Under the pieces are notes generated by a model. That model was not told the DNA's origin and ran no database searches. It was given only the letters and a program-made list of their open reading frames with translations. From assembly GCA_015233195.1 (NCBI GenBank), contig JADFYE010000001.1:83583-147582 (forward strand): DNA of 64,000 nt, given 5' to 3'. The DNA comes from Candidatus Omnitrophota bacterium. Its GTDB lineage: Bacteria; Omnitrophota; Gorgyraeia; Zapsychrales; Zapsychraceae. A program made the position numbers and the translations under genes. Positions 1 through 8,798 of the stretch are shown in pieces (position 1 is the first letter of the stretch; every line of letters starts with the position of its first letter).

Positions 1-1
1 A

Positions 2-331
2 TTAGGCGAATATATAAAAAAGAATCCGCCTAAAGATTGCGCGACGGTGCGTACTGGCGCATGGAATGTTGGCTCGACTACAGGTTTTGATTTTGGTCAA
101 TGGAATGGTTCTGAATCGCAAAAACGCGCTTTAGGATATTTGTATCAGGTTGATACTTGGTATTGGGAAAAGCAGAAAAAGCTGGGCGATGTGCATAATG
201 AAAATTTAGAAAATGCCCGGGCGTGTATTCTCGACGCTGAAACCAGCTGTTATTTATTTTGGGGAGAGATGTGGCTGCCTAAAATATATGAACGGCTGGA
301 TTCTGCTAAAAGATTATTGGAAAGAGTGTAA
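2..331 (+). CDS. C-terminal fragment of a glycoside-hydrolase-like protein (possibly GH57 family); gene continues off the left edge
   Basis: The frame is open from position 2, and the track's M at 47 is an internal GTG. The C-terminal pattern 'AETSCYLFWGEMW' resembles the conserved acidic/aromatic C-terminal motif I associate with GH57 enzymes. Only about 110 aa are visible. Confidence 0.35.
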   Translation, partial: LGEYIKKNPPKDCATVRTGAWNVGSTTGFDFGQWNGSESQKRALGYLYQVDTWYWEKQKKLGDVHNENLENARACILDAETSCYLFWGEMWLPKIYERLDSAKRLLERV

Positions 332-796
332 ATGGAAGACGAGCGCATTTTAAAAGGCATGATCCCTTGGACTCGTAAAGAGTTCGATTTAATCAATCGA
401 TATTTATTTGAATTGCTTAAAAAGCCTAAAGATGACTGGAGTATGCAAATACATGAGCCGGCAGGTTTGGGGTTAGGACCTTTTCATCCTATGTCTCAGG
501 TATATGATTATTTTAGCAAGCAGTATAAAAATACAGTTTTGTTCAATGCTCATTTTGTAAGATATAATAAAATTATATCTTTCTTACAAGCGCATGAAAT
601 GCGGATGAAAGAAGAAGGTTTTATGGTTAAGAAAAGCGGAGTTCCAATGATTAAGGATGAACTGCTGGATGTGCTTTGTTTTGCTTCTTATTCGGCTGTT
701 GGCGAAGATGACCAGCCGGCATTTAATTGCGACGAGATCGTGAAATTCACTAAACAAAAAATCAGCGGTAAAAATCCGTTTCGGGATCATTCTTAA
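332..796 (+). CDS. hypothetical protein (154 aa)
   Basis: Long ORF whose ATG directly abuts the upstream stop, on the same strand as its neighbours. No motif recognised. Confidence 0.5.
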   Translation: MEDERILKGMIPWTRKEFDLINRYLFELLKKPKDDWSMQIHEPAGLGLGPFHPMSQVYDYFSKQYKNTVLFNAHFVRYNKIISFLQAHEMRMKEEGFMVKKSGVPMIKDELLDVLCFASYSAVGEDDQPAFNCDEIVKFTKQKISGKNPFRDHS

Positions 797-2055
797 TGAA
801 AATAAATTCTTCGTTTTTATTTCGTGCGCTGCAAAATCGCAATTACCGTTTATTTTTTACTGGTCAGGGGATTTCTCTGGTCGGTACTTGGATGCAGCAG
901 GTGGCAATGGCATGGATGATATACCGGTTAAGTAATTCCGCTCTAATGTTAGGTATGGTAGGTTTTGTCAGCCAGATACCAGCTTTTTTGATCACTCCTT
1001 TTGCCGGTATTTTTGCTGATCGCTATGACCGTCGAAAAATGTTGGTCATAACTCAAACTTTAGCCATGACTCAAGCTTTGATATTAGCAGTATTAGTTTT
1101 AACTAAACATATTACGATACCGTATATATTTATTTTGAGTGTATTCTTAGGAGTCATAAATTCTTTTGATGTTCCTATCCGCCAGGCGTTTACTATAGAT
1201 ATGATCGAAAAAAAAGAAGATCTAGGTAATGCCATTGCACTTAACTCGTCATTGTTTAATGTAGCACGTCTGATTGGACCGTCTTTGGCTGGATTTTTGA
1301 TCGCGTGGTTGGGCGAGGGAATTTGTTTTTTAGTGAATACGTTGAGTTATGTGGCGGTTATAGTTTCTTTATGCCTTATGATTATGCCGCCTTTTGTGCG
1401 GAAATTATCAGAGCAGCATATTTTCGAAGAAATTAAAGACGGAGTGGTGTATTCATTTGGTTTTATGCCGATCCGGGTGATTTTATTGGCGTTGGCAATG
1501 GTAAGTTTATGGGCGACACCCGCGCAATTATTAATGCCAGTGTTCGCAAGGGATATTTTTCATGGCGGACCTAAAACTTTAGGTATATTAGTGGCTGCTG
1601 CAGGGATGGGAGCTTTATTGGGCGCGGTTTATTTAGCTCAACGTAAGAGCGTGGTGGGGTTAGGTAAAATTATTGTCAGGGCTACTTTACTTTTTGGTAT
1701 AGCAGTGATCGCGTTTGCTTTGTCGACAATTTTTTGGTTTTCATTGGGCTGTATATTTTTGTGCGGGTTTGGCATGATGGTGCAAATGGCAGCTTGTAAT
1801 ACTATTTTGCAGACTATAGTCGAGGAAAACAAACGTGGTCGGGTCATGAGCATGTTCACCTTGGCGTTTATGGGCACAGTTCCTTTTGGGAGTTTGATTG
1901 GTGGTAGTTTAGCGCATAAAATTGGTGCCCCAGCGACTTTAGTTTTTGGCGGGGTATGCTGCATTCTATTCGGGCTGATGTTCGCCCGGATGCTTCCGCG
2001 TTTAAGATCTGAGATCCATCCGATTTATCTGCAAAAAGGCATACTTACGGTATAA
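796..2055 (+). CDS. MFS transporter (EntS/MFS_3-like, about 12 TM)
   Basis: 419 aa and highly hydrophobic. Contains 'FAGIFADRYDRRKML', the typical MFS loop 2-3 motif, and has the N/C six-helix halves. Confidence 0.8.
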   Translation: MKINSSFLFRALQNRNYRLFFTGQGISLVGTWMQQVAMAWMIYRLSNSALMLGMVGFVSQIPAFLITPFAGIFADRYDRRKMLVITQTLAMTQALILAVLVLTKHITIPYIFILSVFLGVINSFDVPIRQAFTIDMIEKKEDLGNAIALNSSLFNVARLIGPSLAGFLIAWLGEGICFLVNTLSYVAVIVSLCLMIMPPFVRKLSEQHIFEEIKDGVVYSFGFMPIRVILLALAMVSLWATPAQLLMPVFARDIFHGGPKTLGILVAAAGMGALLGAVYLAQRKSVVGLGKIIVRATLLFGIAVIAFALSTIFWFSLGCIFLCGFGMMVQMAACNTILQTIVEENKRGRVMSMFTLAFMGTVPFGSLIGGSLAHKIGAPATLVFGGVCCILFGLMFARMLPRLRSEIHPIYLQKGILTV

Positions 2056-2134
2056 ATCTAAAATTTGCAACCTTGTAATCCTTACTTGCGGAAAAGCGGA
2101 AGGTATGGTATCCTTCCTTAAAAGGAGAAGATTT

Positions 2135-2392
2135 ATGACTATTACAATGACCAGCAAAAATCAAGTTACGATCCCGAAGAAAATTGTTGATAGGTTTCAT
2201 TTAAAGAGGGGCACGATCTTTGATATTAAAGTTGATATGAATAGAATTGCATTAATTCCGATGGAATTAATTGAAAAGACTTATACCGAAGATGAATATA
2301 GAAAGCTTGAAGAAATTTTTCAACAGGAAAAGCATACGGCGAAACCAATGAGTAAGGAGTTAATTCAAAAATTAAAAAAAGGCAAAATATAA
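2135..2392 (+). CDS. AbrB/MazE/SpoVT-family DNA-binding protein (antitoxin-like)
   Basis: 'MTSKNQVTIPKKIVDRFHLKRGTIFDIKVD' is a SpoVT-AbrB swapped-hairpin motif. AAGGAG at 2122-2127 lies 7 nt upstream of the ATG at 2135, which is preferred over the track start at 2105. Confidence 0.75.
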   Translation: MTITMTSKNQVTIPKKIVDRFHLKRGTIFDIKVDMNRIALIPMELIEKTYTEDEYRKLEEIFQQEKHTAKPMSKELIQKLKKGKI

Positions 2393-2571
2393 TGCCTCTT
2401 TTCCTCTTATATGCTTCTTCTTTCGAGCGTTCATTATTGTTTTTAAAAAAAGAAGGCTTAAAATGTGTGGCTATCTTAGCCGGTAACCATGATAAAATTA
2501 AGAAATTTTTATCTTAAAAATCGCTTTTGTCCGCGTTTCCCCCAATTTTTCTTTTGCCTTTTTTCTATTTC

Positions 2572-2600
2572 TTGACAGTTCCACATCAAAATGTTAGCAT
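2572..2600 (+). promoter_or_regulatory. putative sigma70-type promoter (TTGACA-17-TAGCAT) for the DtxR-family gene
   Basis: TTGACA at 2572-2577, a 17-nt spacer, then TAGCAT at 2595-2600. Confidence 0.35.
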
Positions 2601-2610
2601 TATATTAGGA

Positions 2611-2630
2611 AAGTTAGATTAGTCTAACTT
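2611..2630. promoter_or_regulatory. putative DtxR/MntR-type operator palindrome
   Basis: AAGTTAGA-ttag-TCTAACTT has 8-bp inverted arms. It contains the GTTAG/CTAAC core of the DtxR/IdeR box consensus TTAGGTTAGCCTAACCTAA. It lies between the putative -10 element and the RBS of the regulator gene. Confidence 0.45.
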
Positions 2631-2649
2631 ATGTAAGGAGAAGATAAGT

Positions 2650-3078
2650 ATGGAAATAACGTCTTGCATGGAAGATTATTTGGAAGCGGTTTTGATTTTG
2701 AAGGAAAGGAATAAAGTCGCGAGGGTTAAAGATCTTAGCGCGCTGCTTCAAGTTAAAACTCCGACGGTTAACAGCGCTTTAAAATGTTTGACAGATAAGG
2801 GCTTGATTGAGCATGAACATTATGGATATATTGATCTGACTGTTTTAGGGGAGAAGATCGCAAAAGATATTTTTTGTAAGCATCAGGCTCTTACTCATTT
2901 TTTGGAAAAAATTTTAGGAGTGGATAAAAAGGAAGCGGCAAAAGATGCTTGCCGGATGGAACATACAATCGGAGTTCAAACTTTTACTAAATTAAGGAAA
3001 TTTGTTAAGTTTATTGAGGATAAACCGAATATTATAAAAGGATTTAATCATGGATATATTAAAAGGGGTACTCATTGA
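2650..3078 (+). CDS. DtxR/MntR-family metal-dependent transcriptional repressor
   Basis: 'MEDYLEAVLIL...ARVKDLSALLQVKTPTVNSALKCLTDKGLIEHEHYG' shows a winged-HTH followed by a dimerisation/metal-binding region ending 'CRMEH'. Confidence 0.85.
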   Translation: MEITSCMEDYLEAVLILKERNKVARVKDLSALLQVKTPTVNSALKCLTDKGLIEHEHYGYIDLTVLGEKIAKDIFCKHQALTHFLEKILGVDKKEAAKDACRMEHTIGVQTFTKLRKFVKFIEDKPNIIKGFNHGYIKRGTH

Positions 3079-4105
3079 AAGTTTTAATTTATTGAACGCA
3101 ATGTCGCCTTATTTGCTGGTAGGTTTTTTTGCGGCAGGGTTATTAAAAGTTTTTTTAAGAGAGGATTTGGTACAGAGACACTTAGGCACACATAATATTC
3201 AATCAATATTTAAAGCTGCTATATTCGGTATCCCGTTGCCTTTGTGTTCTTGCGGAGTAATTCCTGCGGCTTTAGCATTGCGTAAACAGGGCGCGTCAAA
3301 AGCTGCAATATTTTCTTTTTTAATATCTACTCCTACTACAGGAGTGGATTCGATATTGGCGACTTTTGCTTTGTTAGGCGGGTTTTATACTTGGTTTCGA
3401 ATATTGGCGACTTTTGTAGTGGCTATGATAGTTGGAATGGCAGCGCTTTTAATTAAAGACGTAAAAATTAAACAAAATATTAAAGACGAGAAAGAGCATT
3501 CGTGTCCGCACTGTCACGAGGAAGCAGCTAAAGAACCCGCGGTTTGTTGCAGTCATGACCATAATAAATTTGGGTCAAAATTATGGCAGGTTTTAAAATT
3601 TGGTTTTGGAGATTTGCTAAAGGATTCAGGTGTATCAATATTATTGGGTATTCTTATAGGAGGATTAATTTCATATTTTGTTCCAACTACTTTCGTGGAA
3701 CATTATTTAAGCAATCCGTGGTTATCAATGTTGATTATGATGGCAGTTGGTATTCCGATGTATGTATGTTCGACTGGGTCAATACCAATAGTGGCTGCAT
3801 TGATGATGAAAGGGTTGAATCCGGGGGCTGGATTTGTGTTTTTGATAACCGGACCAGCGACCAATGCAGTTTCATTCGCGGTTATAGCTAAAGAATTTGG
3901 TTTTAAGTCGATGTTGTTGTTTTTAGTTTCTTTGATTTTTGCTTCATTGTTAATGGGCTGGGTTTTTAATTTGGCGTGGAATTTTTGGGGTATGAATTTC
4001 ATGACCATTATGCATCATCATCATGGGGCAGGTTTACCGGTGTGGATAAATTATATATCGAGTGGTATTTTTATAGTGTTGATTTTAATCAGTCAGAAAA
4101 AATAG
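3050..4105 (+). CDS. permease of the DUF318/ArsP-like (SO_0444-type putative metal transporter) family with a Cys/His-rich loop
   Basis: Polytopic membrane protein. 'PLPLCSCGVIP' is the CSCG motif. The central loop reads 'HSCPHCHEEAAKEPAVCCSHDH' and the C-terminal region contains 'MHHHHG'. It overlaps the regulator gene by 29 nt. Confidence 0.7.
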   Translation: MDILKGVLIESFNLLNAMSPYLLVGFFAAGLLKVFLREDLVQRHLGTHNIQSIFKAAIFGIPLPLCSCGVIPAALALRKQGASKAAIFSFLISTPTTGVDSILATFALLGGFYTWFRILATFVVAMIVGMAALLIKDVKIKQNIKDEKEHSCPHCHEEAAKEPAVCCSHDHNKFGSKLWQVLKFGFGDLLKDSGVSILLGILIGGLISYFVPTTFVEHYLSNPWLSMLIMMAVGIPMYVCSTGSIPIVAALMMKGLNPGAGFVFLITGPATNAVSFAVIAKEFGFKSMLLFLVSLIFASLLMGWVFNLAWNFWGMNFMTIMHHHHGAGLPVWINYISSGIFIVLILISQKK

Positions 4106-4176
4106 TCGAATATTTGGGGTTGCCATATATAAATTTAAAATATATAATATCTATCTTATTAAAGAAAGGAATACTT

Positions 4177-4497
4177 ATGGGCGCGCTACATGTTAATGAA
4201 CAGAATTTTGAAGCCGAAGTTACAAAATCGGACATGGCAGTATTGATCGATTTTTGGGCGGAATGGTGCGGACCTTGCCGGATGATGTCGCCGGTAATTG
4301 ATGCTATTGCTGATGAATTGAAAGGTAAGATCAAAGTGGTAAAAGTTAATATTGATGAAGCGTCAGGTTTAGCTGAACAATATAATGTCATGTCGATTCC
4401 GACATTAGCAGTTGTAAAAAGGGGTGAAGTAGTAGATGTTTTCGTTGGCGCTATGCCTAAGGAAGCGTTGATCACAAAATTGCAAAAATACGTATAG
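4177..4497 (+). CDS. trxA: thioredoxin
   Basis: WCGPC active site within 'FWAEWCGPCRMMSP', plus 'MSIPT'. The ATG at 4177 is preceded by AAAGGA. The upstream part of the track ORF (from 3976) overlaps the permease. Confidence 0.9.
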   Translation: MGALHVNEQNFEAEVTKSDMAVLIDFWAEWCGPCRMMSPVIDAIADELKGKIKVVKVNIDEASGLAEQYNVMSIPTLAVVKRGEVVDVFVGAMPKEALITKLQKYV

Positions 4498-4515
4498 TTT
4501 TAGGAGAAGAATAAG

Positions 4516-4878
4516 ATGTGGATTGAGATGTTTAAAGCTAAGATAGCTCACGCGACAGTGACTGAGGCGAATCTTAAATATGAAGGAAGTATCACGATCG
4601 ACGAGAAATTGCTCAAAGCAGTTAACATTATTGAGGGCGAGCGGGTGCAAGTTCTGAATATAAATAATGGAAATCGTTTTGATACTTATGTTATTCCGGG
4701 TAAATCAGATTCTGGGGTGATTTGTTTAAATGGTCCAGCAGCGCGGCAAGGTTTGGTGGGTGATCAAGTGATGATAATAGCTTATGCGTCGATGGATGAG
4801 GCAGAAGCAAAAAAATTTAAACCTAAAGTGGTGAATTTAGATGATCGTAACAAAATTAAAAATAAGAACGGACGGTGA
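4516..4878 (+). CDS. panD: aspartate 1-decarboxylase
   Basis: '[23 protein letters not shown]' includes the Gly-Ser self-processing site. Length and layout are typical of PanD. Confidence 0.9.
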   Translation: MWIEMFKAKIAHATVTEANLKYEGSITIDEKLLKAVNIIEGERVQVLNINNGNRFDTYVIPGKSDSGVICLNGPAARQGLVGDQVMIIAYASMDEAEAKKFKPKVVNLDDRNKIKNKNGR

Positions 4879-5320
4879 TCCCTGTCTGCGCAAGAAATCC
4901 GATCCGGTAAAACAGATCGGTGTTGCAGAGCGTATGCTTATCAGCGCAATGGCGCAAACTATGTACGCGGCTGAAGGAGTGGGTTTGGCAGCGCCTCAGG
5001 TTGGGATCAATCAAAGGATATGTGTTGTGGATACTGGTGCGGAATTGATAGTTTTTATCAATCCGGAAATAGTATCTAAAGAAGGCAAATGTGATTTTGA
5101 TGAAGGATGTTTAAGCGTTCCAGGTAAGCTGGTAAAGATTTCTCGTCCAGAAAAAGTCCGGGTTAAGTTTTATGATGATCAGGCTATTTATCAGGAACGG
5201 ACCTTGGCAGGGTTAACTGCCCGGGCGATTCAGCATGAGATCGATCATTTGAATGGTCGTTTGATTTTGGATTATGTTAAAGAAGGTATTGGGATATTAA
5301 AAGAAAAAGTTACAGCTTAA
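4841..5320 (+). CDS. def: peptide deformylase
   Basis: All three PDF motifs are present: 'GVGLAAPQ', 'EGCLSVPG' and 'HEIDHLNG'. Confidence 0.92.
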   Translation: MIVTKLKIRTDGDPCLRKKSDPVKQIGVAERMLISAMAQTMYAAEGVGLAAPQVGINQRICVVDTGAELIVFINPEIVSKEGKCDFDEGCLSVPGKLVKISRPEKVRVKFYDDQAIYQERTLAGLTARAIQHEIDHLNGRLILDYVKEGIGILKEKVTA

Positions 5321-5342
5321 ACATTCCGAAGTAAAATTATCC

Positions 5343-6251
5343 GTGAAAACATCAGAGTTTCCATCAATTGATAATACAAATTCTTGCCGGCAATTGCCTG
5401 TTTGGTTTAAACAGCGCGTCCCAGATCAAAATAAAATAAATGAAATGAAGCAATTACTGACCAGCGTCTCTTTGCACACAGTTTGTGAAAGCGCACAGTG
5501 TCCGAATATGGGACAATGCTGGGGGCAAGGTGTTGCTACTTTTATGATATTGGGCGATCGGTGTACTCGTGCCTGCAAATTTTGTGCGGTAACTTCAGGC
5601 AAGCCTTTGGATGTGGACCCTGAAGAGCCTTTGCGCGTTGCACAGGCAATCAAAAAACTCGGGTTAAAATATGCAGTGATAACATCAGTCACCCGGGATG
5701 ATATTCCAGACGAGGGTGCAGGTCAGTTTGCGTCTACAGTCAGGAATATACGAATGCAGTGTCCAGAGGTTAAGGTTGAACTTTTAGTTCCAGATTTTTC
5801 TGGCAGGGGTGGTTTGATAGAACAAGTCATATCGAGCAAGCCGGATGTGATAGGTCATAATATTGAAATGGTCGAGCGTTTGTTCCCCAGTATTCGTCCA
5901 CAAACTAAATACCGCAGGTCTTTGGATGTGCTGCAGGTTTTTAAAGAAAATAACGACGATATTTTAGTTAAATCCGGTTTTATGATCGGATTAGGCGAAA
6001 AACGAGATGAAATATTTAAAACAATTGATGATCTGGCTAATGTCGGGTGTAATATAATAACTATCGGTCAATATTTATCACCGTCTAAAACAGAACGGCA
6101 TGTTCAAGTAAAGAAATTTTATTCTCCAGAGGAGTTTGAAGAATTTAAAATCTACGGGGAGAAAAAAGGTGTTGGGTTTGTGTTGAGTGGTCCGCTGGTA
6201 CGTAGTTCGTTTATGGCGGAAGAGGGATATAAAAATGTTAAATTAGGATAA
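5343..6251 (+). CDS. lipA: lipoyl synthase
   Basis: Contains the auxiliary cluster motif 'CESAQCPNMGQCW' and the radical-SAM motif 'CTRACKFCAV'. GTG start. Confidence 0.92.
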   Translation: MKTSEFPSIDNTNSCRQLPVWFKQRVPDQNKINEMKQLLTSVSLHTVCESAQCPNMGQCWGQGVATFMILGDRCTRACKFCAVTSGKPLDVDPEEPLRVAQAIKKLGLKYAVITSVTRDDIPDEGAGQFASTVRNIRMQCPEVKVELLVPDFSGRGGLIEQVISSKPDVIGHNIEMVERLFPSIRPQTKYRRSLDVLQVFKENNDDILVKSGFMIGLGEKRDEIFKTIDDLANVGCNIITIGQYLSPSKTERHVQVKKFYSPEEFEEFKIYGEKKGVGFVLSGPLVRSSFMAEEGYKNVKLG

Positions 6252-6254
6252 CAG

Positions 6255-7238
6255 ATGAACGAAAAAGTTAAAAATATTTTATCATGGTTTGTTCGGGTCG
6301 GACTGAGCGCGTTACTTTTGTGGTTTTTGTTTACCAAGATCGTTGACGTGAATAAAATAATTAATGTAGTCAAAGGCGCGGATCTAAAATATTTGGGCTA
6401 TGCACTTTTGGTTTTTATCATAACCACTATTGTTATATTTTTCCGTTGGGTAGTGTTTATCCGAGCGCTGGATCTTACAGTTTCGGGGTTTCAGATCATG
6501 CGTTTTTTTATGGTCGGATTATTCGGTAATTTATTTTTACCGAGTGCTATCGGCGGGGATATTATAAAGATCATTGGCTTATGTAAAAACAGCGACGACA
6601 AACCAAAAGTTGTGGCATCGGTTTTGTTAGATCGTTTGAGCGGATTTGCTGGCATAGCATTTACCGCGGTTGCAGCATTTTTGATAGGTTATAGAATAAT
6701 TAATAATAATTTTCTTTTGATTCCGGTCGTGGTTTTGTTTTTAGGGTCTTTAGTAGTGGCGGTGATTCTTTTTAATTCTGCGGCGTATGAGCTTGTAGGT
6801 AAATTATTTTTTGGATTCCCTAAAGTGCGCGATTCTTTGATGCAGATGCACGCTGATATTGGATTAATGAGAGGGAAAAAGTGGCAAGGATTTTTAGGAA
6901 TAGTATTATCAGCGTTAAACCAGGTTATATATTCCTGTGTTTTTTATTTAATAGCCCGGGCTTTTCACATTGACATAAGCCTTTTATATTTTGTGTTATT
7001 TGTTCCGTTGTTATGCGTAGTATCTATGGTGCCGTCATTCGGCGGGTTGGGTGTACGAGAAGCTGGCGCCGCGTATTTATTCGGGCGGATCGGCGTTGAT
7101 TCAGGAGTAGGAGTCAGTATTTCTTTAATGATATTTACTTTTATGGTTATATTAGGCATCGTAGGAGGAGTGATATATGTCTTTACAGTATCTTCTGGAC
7201 GGATACAACATAATCCACCAGATGCCGGAAGCAGATAA
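6255..7238 (+). CDS. UPF0104 / flippase-like (lysyl-phosphatidylglycerol-synthase TM-region-like) membrane protein
   Basis: About 8 TM helices. 'GGLGVREAG' near the C-terminus is typical of this family. Confidence 0.65.
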   Translation: MNEKVKNILSWFVRVGLSALLLWFLFTKIVDVNKIINVVKGADLKYLGYALLVFIITTIVIFFRWVVFIRALDLTVSGFQIMRFFMVGLFGNLFLPSAIGGDIIKIIGLCKNSDDKPKVVASVLLDRLSGFAGIAFTAVAAFLIGYRIINNNFLLIPVVVLFLGSLVVAVILFNSAAYELVGKLFFGFPKVRDSLMQMHADIGLMRGKKWQGFLGIVLSALNQVIYSCVFYLIARAFHIDISLLYFVLFVPLLCVVSMVPSFGGLGVREAGAAYLFGRIGVDSGVGVSISLMIFTFMVILGIVGGVIYVFTVSSGRIQHNPPDAGSR

Positions 7239-7680
7239 AGGATCTTTGGAAAGTTTGCGCGACCGGTTGGCGCAATTGGTTTCAGGTCAACGTCCACAGG
7301 GTAGTTTACGTAATAAAGTTACTATAGTTTTTGACGGACAGCCGGGTTTTTTAAGTCCTAATTCTTTTAATGACGTTAAGATAATTTTTTCCTCTGATGA
7401 GTCGGCTGATGATAAAATCAAGAAGCTGGTGGAGTACTCGGATAATCCTAAGGCGATAGTAGTCGTAACTGATGATAATGGTATCCGAAACGTGGTGCGG
7501 TCTTTAGGCGCTGGCGTGATGAGCGTGAAAGATTTTTTAAATAAAGGCTCTCGCAATGCTGCTGTTGCTAATAAAAAAACTGGAGTAATACAAGGCAGTC
7601 AGGATAAGAAATTATCGAGTTCACGCGAGCGGCAGATAAATGAGGAATTTGAGAAAAGATGGATAAAAAATAGCAAATAG
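7177..7680 (+). CDS. NYN-domain (YacP/Rae1-like) ribonuclease-family protein
   Basis: The N-terminus 'YLLDGYNIIH' and the later 'VVTDD' match the YacP-type NYN layout. It overlaps the upstream gene by 62 nt. Confidence 0.7.
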   Translation: MSLQYLLDGYNIIHQMPEADKGSLESLRDRLAQLVSGQRPQGSLRNKVTIVFDGQPGFLSPNSFNDVKIIFSSDESADDKIKKLVEYSDNPKAIVVVTDDNGIRNVVRSLGAGVMSVKDFLNKGSRNAAVANKKTGVIQGSQDKKLSSSRERQINEEFEKRWIKNSK

Positions 7681-7698
7681 CAAAGTTTTGACATAAAT

Positions 7699-8469
7699 AT
7701 GAACGGTTATTTTAAAAAATTTTATATTTGGTGTTCTCACATAGGCGAGGCTGTAGTTTTTTTCTCTCGGGCGCTGAAATTTATTATTACTGGCAAGATT
7801 AGATTTAATGAGGTTTGGAAGCAGGTTTATGAACAGGGCGCGCAGACCGTAATAATAGTTATTCTGACTTCTTTGGCTGCAGGTGCAGTGTTGGCAATGC
7901 AAGGTTATGTTTCTATGAGTCGTTTCGGAGCGAAAGAATATGTGTCGCATTTAGTTGCTTTGTCGTTAGTTCGGGAGTTAGGTCCAGTATTCACAGCTTT
8001 GATATTTTCAGGTAAAGCTGGAGCAAAAATAACTGCTGAACTTGGGACTATGAATGTAAATGATCAAATGACTGCCACACGTGCTATGGGGGTTGACCCT
8101 ATGGAATATTTTGTGGTGCCGCGGATGCTGGCGTGTTTTTTGGTATTACCATTATTAGTGATTATTTTTGAGTTAGTTGGTATGTTTGGCGGTTATATCG
8201 TCGGGGTAGGGCAGGCGCATTTACCAGGAGCGTTCTATTTGGCGCAGACTCAGCGGGCGATTGAATATGTGGATTTTTTTAGCGGATTTATTAAAGTTTT
8301 CTTTTTTGCTGTTATAATAGGTTGGACATGTTGTTTTCAAGGGTTTAATACTAAAGGCGGATCGTTAGGTGTTGGACAACATACGACCAACGCGGTAGCA
8401 TATTCATATATTTTGGTAATTATTTCGAACACGATATTAACAAAATTGATTTTAACGATTTGGGGATAG
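7699..8469 (+). CDS. mlaE: MlaE-family ABC transporter permease
   Basis: 256 aa and polytopic, with 'RELGPVFTALIFSGKAGAKITAELGTM', the MlaE signature region. Operon context includes mlaF and mlaD. Confidence 0.85.
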   Translation: MNGYFKKFYIWCSHIGEAVVFFSRALKFIITGKIRFNEVWKQVYEQGAQTVIIVILTSLAAGAVLAMQGYVSMSRFGAKEYVSHLVALSLVRELGPVFTALIFSGKAGAKITAELGTMNVNDQMTATRAMGVDPMEYFVVPRMLACFLVLPLLVIIFELVGMFGGYIVGVGQAHLPGAFYLAQTQRAIEYVDFFSGFIKVFFFAVIIGWTCCFQGFNTKGGSLGVGQHTTNAVAYSYILVIISNTILTKLILTIWG

Positions 8470-8471
8470 GC

Positions 8472-8798
8472 ATGAAAAATTTAAAACTGATTTTAATTGG
8501 GTTTTTGATTCTGCCTTTATTTGGTTGTTTCAGCGGTACGTATACGTCTAAGGGCGGCATAGATGACTATCAGCTTGAGGCGCAGTGGATACGGGATGGT
8601 CTGCCTTTAGAATTCGAACATGAATTATGGTATCCACAAGATGGGATAGAAACTTTTTTGGAGCCGGAAGTTTTGAAAGTCGGGCAATATAAAGAAGTGG
8701 ATGTTTTTGTGGAAAAAGTTGATATTCGACCGTACAACCGTCTTTATACCCGGTTTAATAAGAATAAATTTCGGTATTATGAAAAAAAATCAAAATGA
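8472..8798 (+). CDS. small lipoprotein, unknown function
   Basis: 'MKNLKLILIGFLILPLFGC' is a lipobox-like signal ending in Cys. The gene is embedded between mlaE and mlaF. Confidence 0.5.
   Translation: MKNLKLILIGFLILPLFGCFSGTYTSKGGIDDYQLEAQWIRDGLPLEFEHELWYPQDGIETFLEPEVLKVGQYKEVDVFVEKVDIRPYNRLYTRFNKNKFRYYEKKSK

Noticed and set aside
1638-1964. Antisense or alternative-frame ORFs from the six-frame track that lie inside longer, motif-supported genes. Examples: 584-790(-), 1638-1964(-), 3583-3891(+), 3703-4008(-), 4089-4475(-), 9672-10109(-), 12738-13061(-), 14430-14750(-), 16141-16500(-), 20526-20912(-), 20894-21226(-), 24211-24555(-), 31001-31204(+), 31785-32051(-), 35382-35867(-), 36760-37080(+), 38400-38741(+), 45526-45882(-), 54250-54534(+), 59153-59509(-), 61585-61896(-).
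   Set aside because: Each is fully nested in, or opposite to, a gene with clear family motifs. Their translations are low-complexity with no recognisable motif. These are typical shadow ORFs of an AT-rich genome.
3976-4176. Upstream extension of the thioredoxin ORF.
   Set aside because: It overlaps the 3' end of the permease gene in another frame. The ATG at 4177 with its AAAGGA RBS yields a standard-length TrxA.
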